A DNA stretch of 64,000 nt from Amoebidium appalachense (GCA_963693365.1 CAVNZM010000005.1:3058202-3122201); one strand, 5' to 3'; positions 46,144 to 60,743 are shown, numbered from the stretch's first letter. Notes: generated from the sequence alone by a model not told the origin. Program-made: numbers and translations.

Positions 46144-47913
46144 AAATTTCAAACACTGTTTTAAATTATATAGGATCAGTGTTTTGTCGGGAGTCTTGGT
46201 TTTATTTTACTAACCGCCATTATTTAGAGCATAACTACCACCAATTTTAGAACATATCGAAAGTAGGACGATTATCATGAAAAGGGTAAGAGCTACTTAT
46301 TGATTTACATCCTGGCAGAAACGGGATTGCTTGTGAATTGATTTCATTTAGAAGGAAGGAAACGTGAATACAGCACACAAGCACTTGTAATCGGTATAGC
46401 GACTTTGATTGTATCGTGAGAACTAATCCTCCCAATCGTGTATTTATATTTTTGCAGGCGCAGGTAGCCTACATGTACAATATAGGCATGGATGTTTTGA
46501 TATGAATTAGCGCTGGTCGTTTCCCATATTTTGCCAGTTGTTAGATACACTGGCACCTATATATTTGGTGTGTACATGATTCGACATATATATACACCAC
46601 TTCATTAAAGCTTTAACCTAATATAGGTCTTGGTTTCAATTGCGTGATCAGCCACATTATGGGCCGCTCTGTAAATGCGCCTCCCCCTATGATTAGGTGT
46701 GCATCCCCCCCCCCCCCCTCTCCCCCCCCCCCCCCCCCCCCCCTCCCTTTCCTCATTCCCAGTAGTAACCACACACACACACAGCCTACACATGCACACA
46801 TGGCACAGGTATACACAGCGGGTAATTACCGTTTCCGCAGTGACATATATCCTACTGCTTGCTCATGAGTGCACAAAACATGCGCGCATCAGTCCACATA
46901 AATGCATGCAAACAAACTGAGTGAGTGCATGCGTACAGTGGTCGCAACACTGTACTGGCCATGTCTTGACCAGCAATTTTCTCCGCATCCAACATCCCAT
47001 ATGTACATTATTAGCGCCAACCCCCCTCCCCCAGCCTAGCACACCGTACACATAGCATGCATAATGACACCGAGGCCTACCACACACCACCCACTGCTGT
47101 AACGCATACCTAACACTGCAGGCCTAGATTCCAGATGATTTGCAGCACACAATTACGGAACATCACGCATATGCATCCCTACGCATAAATGTTGCCATGA
47201 CCGTAGGCGCACCCGTGCACGGCCACACTTGTACGTGTACAAGTATTCACCCTAGCTGGGACATGCGGCCACATGCATGCATCATAACGAAGGACTCGGG
47301 AGGGAGGGGGTGGGGTGGAATGGGGTGGGGTAGGGGTGGGTGGGTGGGTGGGTGGGGGATTCTTCTTCGTCTATTTAATAGCCAATGAAAGTTGGTGATT
47401 AAACATTTTATTTTATACATCCTGGATACAATGCTCACGCCCCACCGCACCTGGCTCCTTTGGGGTTCTTGCATATGCTTTTCTGTAAAATGGTTATTTT
47501 CGATAAAGTGAACATACGTATGAGAGTCTTTACGAACAAACATATTACTATTCGTCAACAAAATTCTTCCTTAACTTGTTCCCTTTTTTTTTTTGGTCTT
47601 TCGTGACATTTTTTCGACTTATTCTTCAACAATACACTCTAATAGCATAAGGAAAGGCTGTTGCTAAACTCTAGCGGACGTTTAGTAACTAAGGATCAGT
47701 GTAACACGGTAAAAAAACAATAAACAGGAACAGAATTTCAGAATTTCGACATGCGTGGAAGGCGAGTGTTCGTATCAGTGACTGCACAGAATGAGAAATA
47801 TTGCCTTCTATTTGTGGATGTGTATTTCCTTGTTCTTAATGCTATGATACAAAGCTCAAACCCAAACCATCAGGTGTTAGAACATGTGGTGACTATGAAT
47901 GGGCTGAGAGCAC

Positions 47914-48026
<113 letters not shown>

Positions 48027-48143
48027 AAGCAGATGTACATCCACTGCCACATATAAATCACTGTGTGGGTGGCTCCCTATGTTAACCCACTCGCAGATCA
48101 TCCATGATTGTCAGAAAGCACCAAACAGCACACACACAACCCC

Positions 48144-48174
<31 letters not shown>

Positions 48175-48189
48175 AAAAAGAAAAAAAGA

Positions 48190-48458
48190 AAAACCCCACA
48201 GCCCCTTGCTGCCCTTCCCCACTGTTATCAGAGCAAAAGGCAAATGCATCGGATAATTTGCACGTATAAAATGGATCCCAGCAACAAAAGGGCAAAAAAA
48301 AAAAAAAAAAAAAAAGAAAAAGAAAAAGAAAAAGAAAAGAAAAGAAAAGAAAAGAAAAACCCCACAGCCTCTTGCTGCCCTTCCCCACTGTTATCAGAGC
48401 AAAAGGCAAATGCATCGGATAATTTGCAAGTACAAAATGGATCCCAGCAACAAAAGGG
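48190..48458 (+). repeat. ~100-bp direct repeat x2, each followed by an A-rich tract
   Basis: AAAACCCCACAGCC...CTGTTATCAGAGCAAAAGGCAAATGCATCGGATAATTTGCA...GGATCCCAGCAACAAAAGGG at ~48190-48291 and ~48356-48458. Confidence 0.9.
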
Positions 48459-48526
48459 TAAAAATAAAAATAAAATAAAAAATAAAATAAAAAAACCTGT
48501 AGAAGGAGGTGTGGGGATATATCACT

Positions 48527-49527
48527 TCATTCCGCACTTGCATTCCCCACTGTATGCTCTCCAGTCCCCAGATCGACCGTCAGTGACGTAGGGAGTCTTA
48601 CCCAATCTCCGAGCGGTGACTCTTGCTCTGATGACATGGTCTCATTTGATACTGCATTGGTCAGGTCGTAGGAGGTGGGTGCCAGTGTGTATCTGTAGTT
48701 TGCATAGATGTTGCTCATGTGCATGGCCCGGTTCAGGCCCGACCCGGGTCGAACGTACGGGTGGCTGGCTGGCTGCCGCTGTTGCCGTCGACGGCAACGG
48801 GTTTCCTGAAATGGACACGAAAGGTTAAGATGCTAAACTGGTAGGTTAATGAGCTGGGAAAGGAGGAGAGAGAGGGGTAGGGGAGTACGCATCGTGCCAA
48901 AGACAATCGAACACACGCAGGCATGCAACTGGGAACTGGTTTGTGTGCGCAGAGAGAGTTTGTGTGTGCACAATGTGTGTGCGTGTGCGTGCGTGTGTAC
49001 GCGAGTGTGTGTTTTTCTGCGTGTGTTTGTGTGTGTGTAAGTTACCATGCAGCATCTGAAAAAGCTCTGTGGACGGAAGGGTAGGAGAGGACAGGGTCGT
49101 GAAGCCACAGCAAGGGATATAGCTACATCTATACATCGATATATCGAAAAAACCTGTATTTCTAGAAACACTCGCAAGATACTTGTGAGTGCAAGAGTGA
49201 CTGGATCGGTGAGTGAGTGTGTGTGTGTGTATTAAAAGCGTGTGTGTTTGATACTTGTGAGTGCAAGAATGACTGGATCGGTCAGTGTGTGTGTGTGTGT
49301 ATGTGTGTGTGTGTGTATGTGTTGAAGGGCAAACAAAGAGGAACGGAGGCAACGGTCAATGAGGGTGATAGGCTAGGACCAGACCAGGATAGGCCGTGTG
49401 CGTATGGTGCGGGTGAAGTGTTCAAGGACATCAGAAACCATGAAAGTACAAGGCAAACACAACTTCATGCGAGAAAAGTGATGAATATGCTTTTATGTGT
49501 ACGTTGAGTGTGTGTATGCATGCGCTT

Positions 49528-49597
<70 letters not shown>

Positions 49598-49711
49598 GGG
49601 TGTGTGTGTTCGTGCGCGTGTGTGTGTGTGTGTTGCGCGCGAGCATGTGTAAGTCTGTGAATGCTCTCTCTCTGTCTCTCTTTCTCTCTCTCTCTCTCTC
49701 TCCCCCCCTCC

Positions 49712-49753
<42 letters not shown>

Positions 49754-49780
49754 ATTTTATTTTATTTTATTTTATTTTAT

Positions 49781-49811
<31 letters not shown>

Positions 49812-50076
49812 GGGGGGGATCGAATGTAAATCGATCACATGCTTGTGACTCCAGACAGGCAGAGGATCAGGGAGAGAGTTGGGGGGGGGGGAAGGGGGGG
49901 GGGGGGGGGGGATTATGATGGAAGGAGGGGGGATATGTCAACCCTACACAGGCAACCTCAGTAACACATACACTCAAAGGCCAGAGCACACCAACCCGTA
50001 GCCGCCATTCCACTACTCAAACATCCGCCAACGCTCAAGCCTTACCCCCCCCCCCCCCCCCCCCCCCAAAAAAAAA

Positions 50077-50107
<31 letters not shown>

Positions 50108-51287
50108 AGGCATCTCCAGCCACCCACCGACACACCTTAATGACAAACTCGAAAAGCCTGCGGGTAAATCGGTCCGTCTCGTCAAAATTCTCAACAAAGC
50201 TCTCGAAGGTCATTTCATCATCGCCTGTAGGGTTGGCCTGTGACGTGGCAGTGTCAGCAAAAAACCAATAGAACAGAGCAACAAAACAAACCTGACGGAA
50301 AACACAAGCCCAAAATTATATCGCAAGAAAGAGATATGGATGCAGCATGGCCGGGCAGGGTCGGAGGTCGAGTCTAAAAGACAGCATGAGCCGAAAAGAA
50401 GACCATCGGGCCTCCCGGGGAGTCTAGAATCTGAAAAACAGACCAAGAGCTTAAGAGGTACACAACATAATGCAGGGCATTATGTTGTCATTACAATTAA
50501 CGTTCCCCCCGCCCCAGGGGAGGGGGGGGGGGGGGGGATGGGGGGATGCACGGGTTAGCAGCATAACCACCCCAGAGGATGCAAAAAGAAAAAGGCAACA
50601 AGAAGAGTACATCTACAAGCATTCGCAGCAGCAGAGGTGGGGTGGGTGGGTGGGTGGGGGTAGGGGGTGGAGGAGGGGGGGAGGGGGGGGGGGGGGGGGG
50701 GGGGGGAGAAGGAAAGTGGGGACATCATGTCGTGTCATGGCCGGTTAATGAACGGCCAGGACGAGAACAAAGGTCTGAAAAAGTGAGGTGGGGGGAAGGG
50801 GGGGGGGTTTGAATGCGGAACACGGTACGAAGTACGCATACACGATGAGAAGCATGGTGCAGGACACATGCAAAGGCAAACATTCAAGTATGCAACATCA
50901 CCCATGCGCACAGTATGCGTCATAAGCAGAGCCCATCCTCAGGGAGGGCCCAAGTCATCAATTGCGTCTGAGTTTCGACCCCTTAGCCCGCGTATATATA
51001 CGACTCTCCAACTCAGACAGCAGCATCAACTGAACTAGGGAGGGTCAACCCGTCTTGATCAAAGACGAGCAGGGTTGCTTGTGCAAGCAAGGTGAGCAAA
51101 ACGGTGAAGATGTGTGTGCAAACTAAAGCAGTGCAGCGAAAAATGCGTATGTGCTTACAGATGCACGACACAGAGCAACCATGCCCGGTTGCATGGAAGT
51201 AAAGCGGTCTCCTCACAGTGGTCTGTCCTGAAAGGACACCTCTGAAAGAAGACTGGGGGGGTTTGAAGGGGGGGGGGGGGGGGGGGG

Positions 51288-51350
<63 letters not shown>

Positions 51351-52247
51351 TCAGCAGGATACACCTTATAGGTAAGAAAATGGCTTTTCACACAAGACAA
51401 CAGTAGAAAAAAAGGTGACTTCCACACTAACTGCCACGTACCCAGAAAAGAGAATATTTTTCTATTGCCTCTTCTTAATGAAGCCTCTTCTTAATCAAGT
51501 CGAGAACAGGTAAACGACAAGCGCCTGACAGATAATGAGCGAAGATAAGTGACCAGGCTAACAAAATTTATTTCTAGCAGGTATATGGTGCATGCACACC
51601 AGCATAGAAGATGCAGCAACTTGCACACAGAGGAAAGAACACCAGCACTGCTTTCACACAAGAACACAAGCAGAAGGAAGTTGGTCAGGTTTGTGAAAGG
51701 AAAACAAGCTCTCAAACTCACCACCAACGACGTAGCAAACAGCTAAAAAAAAAAAAAAAGCCACCAGCGGAAAACGAAGAAACAAGCACGTGCCCAAACG
51801 TAAAACCATTAACGTGAAACGTCTGTGAACCCACCTCGGCATTTTTCCTCTGTATGTCTGCAAAGAGATCTTTAAACTTTTTGACTAGAATCTCCTCCGG
51901 CTGCAGATCACGCAACTTCCCCATGATGCTCTTGGAAAAAATCCAGTTAACTCTTTTTTCCTTTCTCAAGCTGCGCCTCCAACAGAACACTGCGTCTTAC
52001 GTTCAATTCAAGAATCTATCGGTGCTCTTGTTCTTGGAAAAATTTGGTGAGCAAAAGGCATTCAAAGCTTCAAAATTTTCTATGGCACTAGGTGAAGGGA
52101 ACTTTTCAAACAGGTGAAGCACCTATACCGCACTAAGAAACGTTCAAATAAATAAACATGGACATTCACACGATACTATACAAGGCAGAAGTGCAAAAAG
52201 TAAAAGAGAAACCTTCTTGTAACCGTTACGCTGCTACTGTGTTCCAT
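48527..52247 (-). CDS. multi-exon hypothetical protein, partly resolved
   Basis: Splice-bounded blocks: ATG 52247 (MEHSSSVTVTR); ~51930-51835 (SIMGKLRDLQPEEILVKKFKDLFADIQRKNAE|GT); ~50224-50136 (DDEMTFESFVENFDETDRFTRRLFEFVIK|GT); ~49066-49046 (SFFRCCM|GT); ~48805-48527 (ETRCRRRQQRQPASHPYVRPGSGLNRAMHM...ASAE*). The last three join in phase; upstream joins are not closed. Confidence 0.5.
50808..51099 (-). mobile_element. same repeat family, long copy
   Basis: Reverse-complement match to 60285-60559 with one short indel; lies between minus-strand exons. Confidence 0.8.
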
Positions 52248-52869
52248 ATGGATGCTTTTGGAGCTTATTAGTTAAAGCTCGCATTCACAATGTACGTAAA
52301 CAAAAAATGGTGACTTTATACTCCATAGGCTCAGTCTGATTTGTTTAGAGAATTTTAAATACTATTGTGACACTTTGATTAGTAAGTTTAAAGCTGTGAT
52401 CTAGAATATCTGACCGAATGCATTGAAATTCGGCTACGTGCAGGCATGACTTTTTAAAGGACACTCAACTTACTGGGGCGACCCGATTCGACCTCCACAT
52501 GACTGGCGGGCTCAGTGACCACCAAAAAACTTTCCAAGGAAGAGAGAGAGCAAAGGAGAAGAATCTATGTTTAGGGTGGGAGAAATCAATAAATGTAGTA
52601 GAGAAAAGTTATTTTTGTGGCTTTTTTATACTTGTCCTCTTATAGCCCATATGCTGTGGGGTTTTTCTCTAAGTTTGGAAGATAACCATCTATTAGAACA
52701 GCGACTCAGAGAGACCCAGGGAACAGACCTTTTTACAACGTAACTTGTTCCTTGGTCATCGGTTAAACCGTGTTAGTAACTATATTTTACGCTTAGCTGT
52801 GTATCTTGGCATTGTCCCGTCGATAAGGAGTGAACGGAGCCGTAATTTGGGGAGAGGATCTTTTCAAAA
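52248..52869. promoter_or_regulatory. probable bidirectional promoter region
   Basis: ~620-nt microsatellite-free, AT-richer spacer between the divergent start codons at 52247 (-) and 52870 (+). Confidence 0.4.
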
Positions 52870-53132
52870 ATGGAGGTGGGAAAGAGGAGGTTGGACGACG
52901 TGGTGGGGGCCGTGGTTGCCGTCAAGCGGCCTAAAACAGACGAGCAGAATGGAGGGGGGGCGATGGTGGCCGTGCAGGGGGGGAGCAAAGCAGGCGCACT
53001 GGTGGCCGCGGTGGGTATTCGTGTGTGTGTGTGTGTGTGTGCAGGGGGAGGAGGGGTTGTGTGTGTGTGTGTGTGTGTGTTGTGTGTGTGTCTGTGTGTC
53101 TGTGTGTGTGTATGTGGTGTGTGTGTGTGCAT

Positions 53133-53208
<76 letters not shown>

Positions 53209-53214
53209 ATGCAC

Positions 53215-53247
<33 letters not shown>

Positions 53248-54837
53248 TGTGTGTGGGAGGGTGTGTGTGTGTGTGAATGTGTGCAAGGAGAAGAGAGAGG
53301 GAGGAGAGGGGTTTGGGATGTGGGCGAGTTCATGGGAATGGGTGTGTACTCTGTAAGTAAAGTGCCCCCCACTGTGAAGGTGGTCTTCATACTTCTTTTC
53401 AATGGGTGTGCACATGTTCAAGGTGTATACACACTCATTTTTGTGTGTTGAGCTTCTGTTTGTCTTCATGCGCGTGTGCCACATAACCGTACATTCTATC
53501 TTTCCTATGTGTATGAATATGGTTAGTGACCATCCTTTGTGCATGTGCTCTGGCTGGCGAACGGGCGGGTGGACTTGCTGGCCTGTGAAATGTGTAACTG
53601 TGAGGTTTGTGTGAGAGAAGCATAGGTTTTTTTAAGTGGATCGGTCGTTTTGTTGGTAGATGTTGAGGTGGGTTTGCGGGTGTGGGGTTGCCCCTTCGGC
53701 AGTTGATGGGTGGTGGTGATGGTGTGTGGGTTGGGTGTTGGAGTGGTTTAGTAAGCGCAGTTGGGCTGCACAATTTTGCTGGTCGGTTTTCTCGTCCCGT
53801 CCCCCCCTTCACACACGCACACAGACACACACATACACACACATGCCATAACGACAACCCCCTCACTTCAAACTGCCATGGGAAAGTTTAGAGTTGGCGC
53901 TCGGGAGGACAAAATATGGCGAGGGCAGGGTGAGCTGGATAAGAGGAGGGGACGGGGAGGGGAGGGAGAGGGGAGGGGGAAGGGGGGGGGGGGGGGGGGG
54001 GGGGGGGGGGTGATGGTTGTGCTTGTATTTACTGGTGGTTTTTTTTGCGTTGGGAGGGAGTGGGGGGAAAGGGCACGTAAAAGGGGGGGAAGGGGGTGGG
54101 GGGAGGGGCTTGACGGAGGAAAGGATTGTGTGCAAGTGCTTCAATGTGACAAATAGCCCTTCTCCTGCCCCCCTGATGCCCCTGACACACTGCAGACACA
54201 GAGACACTCCACATGTGCACGTACACAGCACAATGACGTGCACACACATGCGCCAAGACTATGCCTACATACTCCACTCACACACAAGAATACACGCACA
54301 AACACCACGCACACTCTCACAGACACAGACACAGGCACAGACACGAACATGCACGTGCACACATGTCTGCGCACCACACACGCCCGCATGCGTGCGCGCG
54401 CGCGCGCACACACACACACACACACATCCTCGGACTAACAGAGTTGGTTTACAGGGGCCGGCACGGACTTCAAACCTTGCTGCCCCAATCATGATGCTGA
54501 CAGGCCACGAGGTGTGGACAGCCCCCCCCCCCCCCCCCCCCCCCCCGCCACCTCCACCCCCCACCCCCACCCCGGGGGAAAGGTTGGTGTTTTTGGGTGT
54601 GGAGAGTGCAGGTGGCTGAATGGTTGAAAAGCTCCTTCTGTTGTGTGTGGATCTGATCAATGAATGATGGTTATGGATCGTCTCTTATATATCCCATAAC
54701 TGGGGGAAGCGCTTCTCGAGGGGGGGGGGGGGGGGGTTAAGCATGATTGTGTGAGAGTAATCACAGGTGGGTGGTTACTGAAGGGGCAGGGTTGGGAACA
54801 CACGGAGGTCTAGAAAGCGTCCTTCTGTGTGTCTGTC

Positions 54838-54872
<35 letters not shown>

Positions 54873-54879
54873 CTGTCTG

Positions 54880-54924
<45 letters not shown>

Positions 54925-55289
54925 GTGTGTGTGTTGGTCTGAAAGAGAAGGTGGGAGTAAAGGTGGGGAAATCGTGTTTTTTTGTTTTGTTTTGTTTTTT
55001 TTGGAGGGGGGTAGAGGGAGGGGGGGGAAGGAAGAGGGAAGGCGAGCCCTGGTGGGGGGAGGGGGAGAGGATGAGGGAATCCAATCTGACGGGGCACCAA
55101 AACAATACCCCGTTGCAATGTGCCCCCGTGCGCGCAAACACATGCGCGCATGCACACAGAATGCGCACGCACACACACAACCACACACACACACACACTC
55201 TCTCTCTCTCTCTCTCTCTTTCTCCCTCTCTCTCTCTCTCTCTCTCTCCCCCCCCCCCCCGCTCTCCCTCCCCTCCCCCCCCCTCTCTC

Positions 55290-55379
<90 letters not shown>

Positions 55380-55614
55380 ATATTGCATACCTCTGTCTCA
55401 TACACTTGTGCACCGAGAATAACCTCCAATCACATTGCAGGGTGAGGTGAACTCTGCCAAGTTCAGTCCTGACGGGCAGTTGATTGCTTCTGGATCGTTC
55501 GATCGCAAAATCTGTAAGTGTGTCTGTGTGTGCCAGTAAGTGCGGAATAAATATGTGTGTTCTGTGGGTGGGTGTAAGTTTAGGGGTTGTTGGGTTTTTT
55601 TTTGGTTTTTTTTT

Positions 55615-55672
<58 letters not shown>

Positions 55673-56188
55673 GGGAGAGGGGGAGGGGAGGAAGGGGGGA
55701 TGAATGTCGGGAGGCTAAGTCGAATGGTTAGGTATGTACCTGACATAGCTGCCCCGTCCCCCCTGTCCCCCCCCTCTCTCTCCCCCCCCCCCCCCCCCCC
55801 CCTCCCCCAACAGACACACGCACACACACAGGGCATACTCTGTGTGTGCTGTTCAAACTCTGCATTGTGATGCCCGTTGTGAATGTGCGCTTAAAATATG
55901 TAGTGCAATCTGAGTCCCCCCCCTCCCCCCCCCTCCCCCCCCCCCCCGTCCCCTCCCCTCCCTCTTTTGATGTTTGCATATTTCCCTTTTGTGTGTTGAT
56001 ACATATTGGCAAGGATTGATTGATGGGGGCTTCATTTTGACCCTGGGGGGTTTTTTCAGTTCTGTGGACGGTGTTTGGGGAGATCCAGAACACCATGTCC
56101 TTGCAGGGCCACTCAGGGGCTATCTTGGATGTCCAGTGGTCGAGGGATGGCAGGTGTGTGTGGGGGGTGGGGTGGGGTGTGTGTGTGT

Positions 56189-56238
<50 letters not shown>

Positions 56239-56774
56239 GGGGGGGAGGGGGGAGGGGGAGGGTGGTGGTTTTTTTTTTGGGGGGGGGGGGGGCATATTTA
56301 GGTATGGATGTGGGTGAGGGTGAGGGTGGGGGTGTGGGGGGTGTGGTGGTGGTTGTGGCGGTGGGTCGGTGTGGATGTGGGTGTTGGTGTGGTGGGGGCT
56401 GTATGTTTTTGGGTGTGTGGGTGGGGTCGGGAGTGTGTGGGCATTTATGTGTGTGCGTGTGGGTGGTGCGTGGTACGTCCTGTGTGAGCAGGTGCGAGTC
56501 GTGTGTGTATTTTCCAGGTGTAGGGGAGGGGGGGGGGGGGGGGTATGCCATTCTGATGTATGTGTACCTGTGTCGGGGGGAGGGGGGGGGGGGGGGGGGG
56601 GAGGTTATGTTACTGTAGTGTACGTGTACCAGAGGGGATGGGGTTGTATGACAAGCATCTGGAGGGTGGATCGGTTGGTTTATTCATGTCTCTCTAGGGA
56701 AAGGTTTGCCTTGCAGGGGAAGTTTTTGTAGTTGTATATGTGCAAGGAAAGGGGTCTGTGTGTGTGTGTTTGGG

Positions 56775-56810
<36 letters not shown>

Positions 56811-57545
56811 AGGGGGGGGGATTGTATGACACGTGCTTGCATGCGTGTGTGCTTGCCTGCATGTGTGTGTGTGTGTGTGCATGTGTTTGGTTTTTTCTGG
56901 GTATTGAGATGGTGTTTTATTTCTGCTTGTTCCTGTGCATGTGCTACTCTCAGGTCGCGAGTTATATCTGTGACCTCCCCCTTTCATCGTGTGCTGTGTC
57001 TTGTGCTATGGTGTGTGTTTTATGGCTTTCCCCCCTCTCAACACCCGTTGTGCCCACATCGTATGTGCACCTGTTCCATGTCCCCCCCCCCCCCCACCAC
57101 CACCACCACCACCACCATCCCCACCCACCCACCCAACACCCGGCCTGGCCACCACTGCCCCTTATTAGATGGTACAGTAGTGTGAAAGAATTCCCGCGAC
57201 TGCATTTGGTGTTGTCACAAGTGTCGTGTTCACGGTTTTAAGCTGTGTATCTCCTTTCCGTCCTATTTCACAGCCATATTCTTTCTGCGTCAACGGACAA
57301 AACCATTGGGCTGTGGGATGCCGAGACTGGTGCAAGGTTAAAGAGACTAAAGGTACGTGTGCAGGCTGGTGAAGCGTCCGGTATATCATGGTAGCAAAAC
57401 TGACAGTTTGTAGGTCCACACGGGGTTTTAAAGCATCCTCCGGGCAGGTTTCGAATGTGACTTTGTATACTTTGTAATCAACCCCCCCCCCCCCCCCCCC
57501 CCCCTCTAGGGAAAAAAAGAAAGAAAAAGAGAGGCAGAGAGGGAA

Positions 57546-57633
<88 letters not shown>

Positions 57634-58083
57634 GGGAAGAGGGGGGAAGAGAGAAGAGAGAGAGAGGAGGGGAAGAGGGGGGAAGAGAGAAAGGGAAAAG
57701 AAGCCTCACCACTGCAATGCGGTTTAATGTTAGAATGGTGTGAAGTCCTTGTAGTGTCAACATGCATGGTCTATTTTAGTATCACACACATCAACATTAA
57801 ATGCAGGACTGTATTTTATTCTCAATATCAATATAATGGCAGTGATTTCGACATTGAAGTCAATAGTGTTAGCAAATAAAGAGATTATGGAATATGGTTC
57901 GAGGGTTATGTTTTCATATCATGCATGGGTGCAGGGCCATACGGACATAGTCAACAGTTGCTGCCCGGCACGGCACGGAGATCTTCTGTTGAGCGGCAGT
58001 GATGACGGCACAGTCAAGGTAGGGGGGGGGGGGGGGGGTGGGGGGGTGGGGGTGGGTGTGGGTGGCGAGGGAGGAAGGAGAGG

Positions 58084-58143
<60 letters not shown>

Positions 58144-58147
58144 TGGT

Positions 58148-58178
<31 letters not shown>

Positions 58179-58211
58179 GTGCGTGTGTGTGTGTGGTGCG
58201 TGTGTGTGTGT

Positions 58212-58267
<56 letters not shown>

Positions 58268-58828
58268 ACTCGCGCGTGTGTGCGCACTTGCGTGAGTGTG
58301 TGCATGTGTGGGTGTCTGCGCACAAGCATTTGTGTGGGTGCAGGTGCGGGTACGTGTTCCTGTGTCGAAGATGGTAGTGTGGGCAGGCAGGCTTGCAGGT
58401 GGGGTGGATGCCTGAGTGGGTGGAACGGGGGTGGATGGGTTTGTGGGCATGCATGCATGGCGTACAGGACCGGGAGGGGGGGGGGGGGGGGGGGGGGGAC
58501 ATGAAGGGGGCATGTATTTTTTTCCAGGCAGGAGTGTGGTGGTGGGGAATGGAGGGTTTTTCTTGGGGGGGGGGGGGGGGGGGGGGGGGGGTTGATGCGA
58601 ATGAAAAAGGGTGTTCGTTTTGTGTCTGGTAGTTGTATGGATCAATGGGCTTCGGTCGGTCGATGAATGGGTGAGGACACGGGTGGGTTTAGTGTGTTCT
58701 TGTCGCACATGGTGGTGGTTGGCCTGTGTGCATGCATGTCTCTCTCTTTTTTTTTTTTTTTTTGCGTTTTTCTTTTCTTTTCTTTTTCTTTTTTTTTGTG
58801 GTGGTGGTGGTCGCCCTGTGCATGCGTG

Positions 58829-58868
<40 letters not shown>

Positions 58869-58914
58869 TTTGTTTGTTTGTTTGTTTGTTTGTGGTGGTG
58901 GTGGTGGTGGTGGT

Positions 58915-58970
<56 letters not shown>

Positions 58971-59058
58971 ATGCTTATTCAGGTGGGTGCAGCTGTGGGA
59001 CACGAGGAAAAAGCACCCAGTGACCACCCTAGACAACAAATACCAGGTGTGTGTGTGT

Positions 59059-59092
<34 letters not shown>

Positions 59093-59233
59093 ATATATAT
59101 ATATTGATGGGGGTGGGGGGGGATCTATCCTTTTCTCATGTTTGTATCGTAGGTGGTGGTGGTGGTGGTGGTGTGTGTGTGTCGGGTGGGTGGGCGTCTG
59201 TGTGTGTGAGTGTAGGTGGGTGGGTGTGTGTGT

Positions 59234-59279
<46 letters not shown>

Positions 59280-59794
59280 TCTTTGATGGCCGAGCCAGAG
59301 GGAGGGGAAAGGAGGGGGGGAGGTGAGGTAACATGTGGAATGGTTGTGGTATTAGTGAAAGATGCCTGGGGATTGTGGTGGTGGGAGTGTGAGAAAGTGT
59401 GCAGGCGTTTGTGGTGGGAGGGCGTGAGATTAGGTGTGTTGACATGTGTGGTGGACGGAGGGTGTGAGAACAAGCGTATAGACATGTGTGGATTTCTTGT
59501 GTTGAAGGCATGCACACACAGTCAATACGCGCTCCTAATAAGATACATCTCGTCGAATACCCCCCCCCCCCCGCCCCCCCCCCAAAAAAAAAAAAAAAAA
59601 AAAAAAAACCGAACTCTGCCACCATGACAACCACAACCACCATCCGCAAAACCTTTTTTTTTTTTTCTTTTTTTTTTTTTTTTTCATATTCTAATTCTAC
59701 CTTTTCTCCTCCAGGTTATGTCTGTATGTTTTAGTGCCGACGGTGTCCAAGCATTTTCGGGTGGTTTGGACAACGATATCAAGGTGCAATTTTT

Positions 59795-59833
<39 letters not shown>

Positions 59834-60246
59834 TTCCCTTTTGCCCGCCCGTCCATGCCTCCAAGCCCAAGCCATACCCGATGGGAAATGCACACAGGCA
59901 ATAAAACGGGGGCTCACGTCTTCTTTCACAGTCTCACTGCTAAACAACTAGGCATAACCTGTATTGCTTTTGGGCTCCCCTCAAAGCATATGCCCCTAGG
60001 AAATATGGGATGTTGCCAATTAGTTAAGCGGCTTTGACAAATAGTCTGGTCGTGTTGCTGCACGATATGTGCGCATGTGTATGCCGTCGATTGCTGTAGT
60101 CTATTTGCTATCTTTGGCACATAAACACCTGCAATGCCTCTTAGCCTACTCTGCCCATGTCCACTTTCCCTCTCAGCACACATATTATTATGTGCATGAG
60201 ACAGATAATTGGAGACATAATGGTGCTTACACACACACACACACAC

Positions 60247-60284
<38 letters not shown>

Positions 60285-60651
60285 TTGCTCACCTTGCTTG
60301 CATAAGCAACCCTGCTCGTCTTTGATCAAGACGGGTTGACCCTCCCAAGTTCAGTTGATGCTGCTGTCTGAGTTGGAGAGTCGTATATACGCGGGCTAAG
60401 GGGTCGAAACTCAGACGCAATTGATGGCTTGGGCCCTCCCTGAGGATGGGCTCTGCTTATGACGCATACTGTGCGCATTGCTGATGTTGCATACTTGAAT
60501 GTTTGCCTTTGCATGTGACCTTCGTGTATGTGTACTTCGTACCGTGTTCCGCATTCAAACCCCCCCCCTCTCCCCCCTTCTCTCTTCTAACACACACCCA
60601 CACACACACTCTCTCTCCCCTAAACTCACCCCACATGCGCGCGCACACACA

Positions 60652-60743
<92 letters not shown>

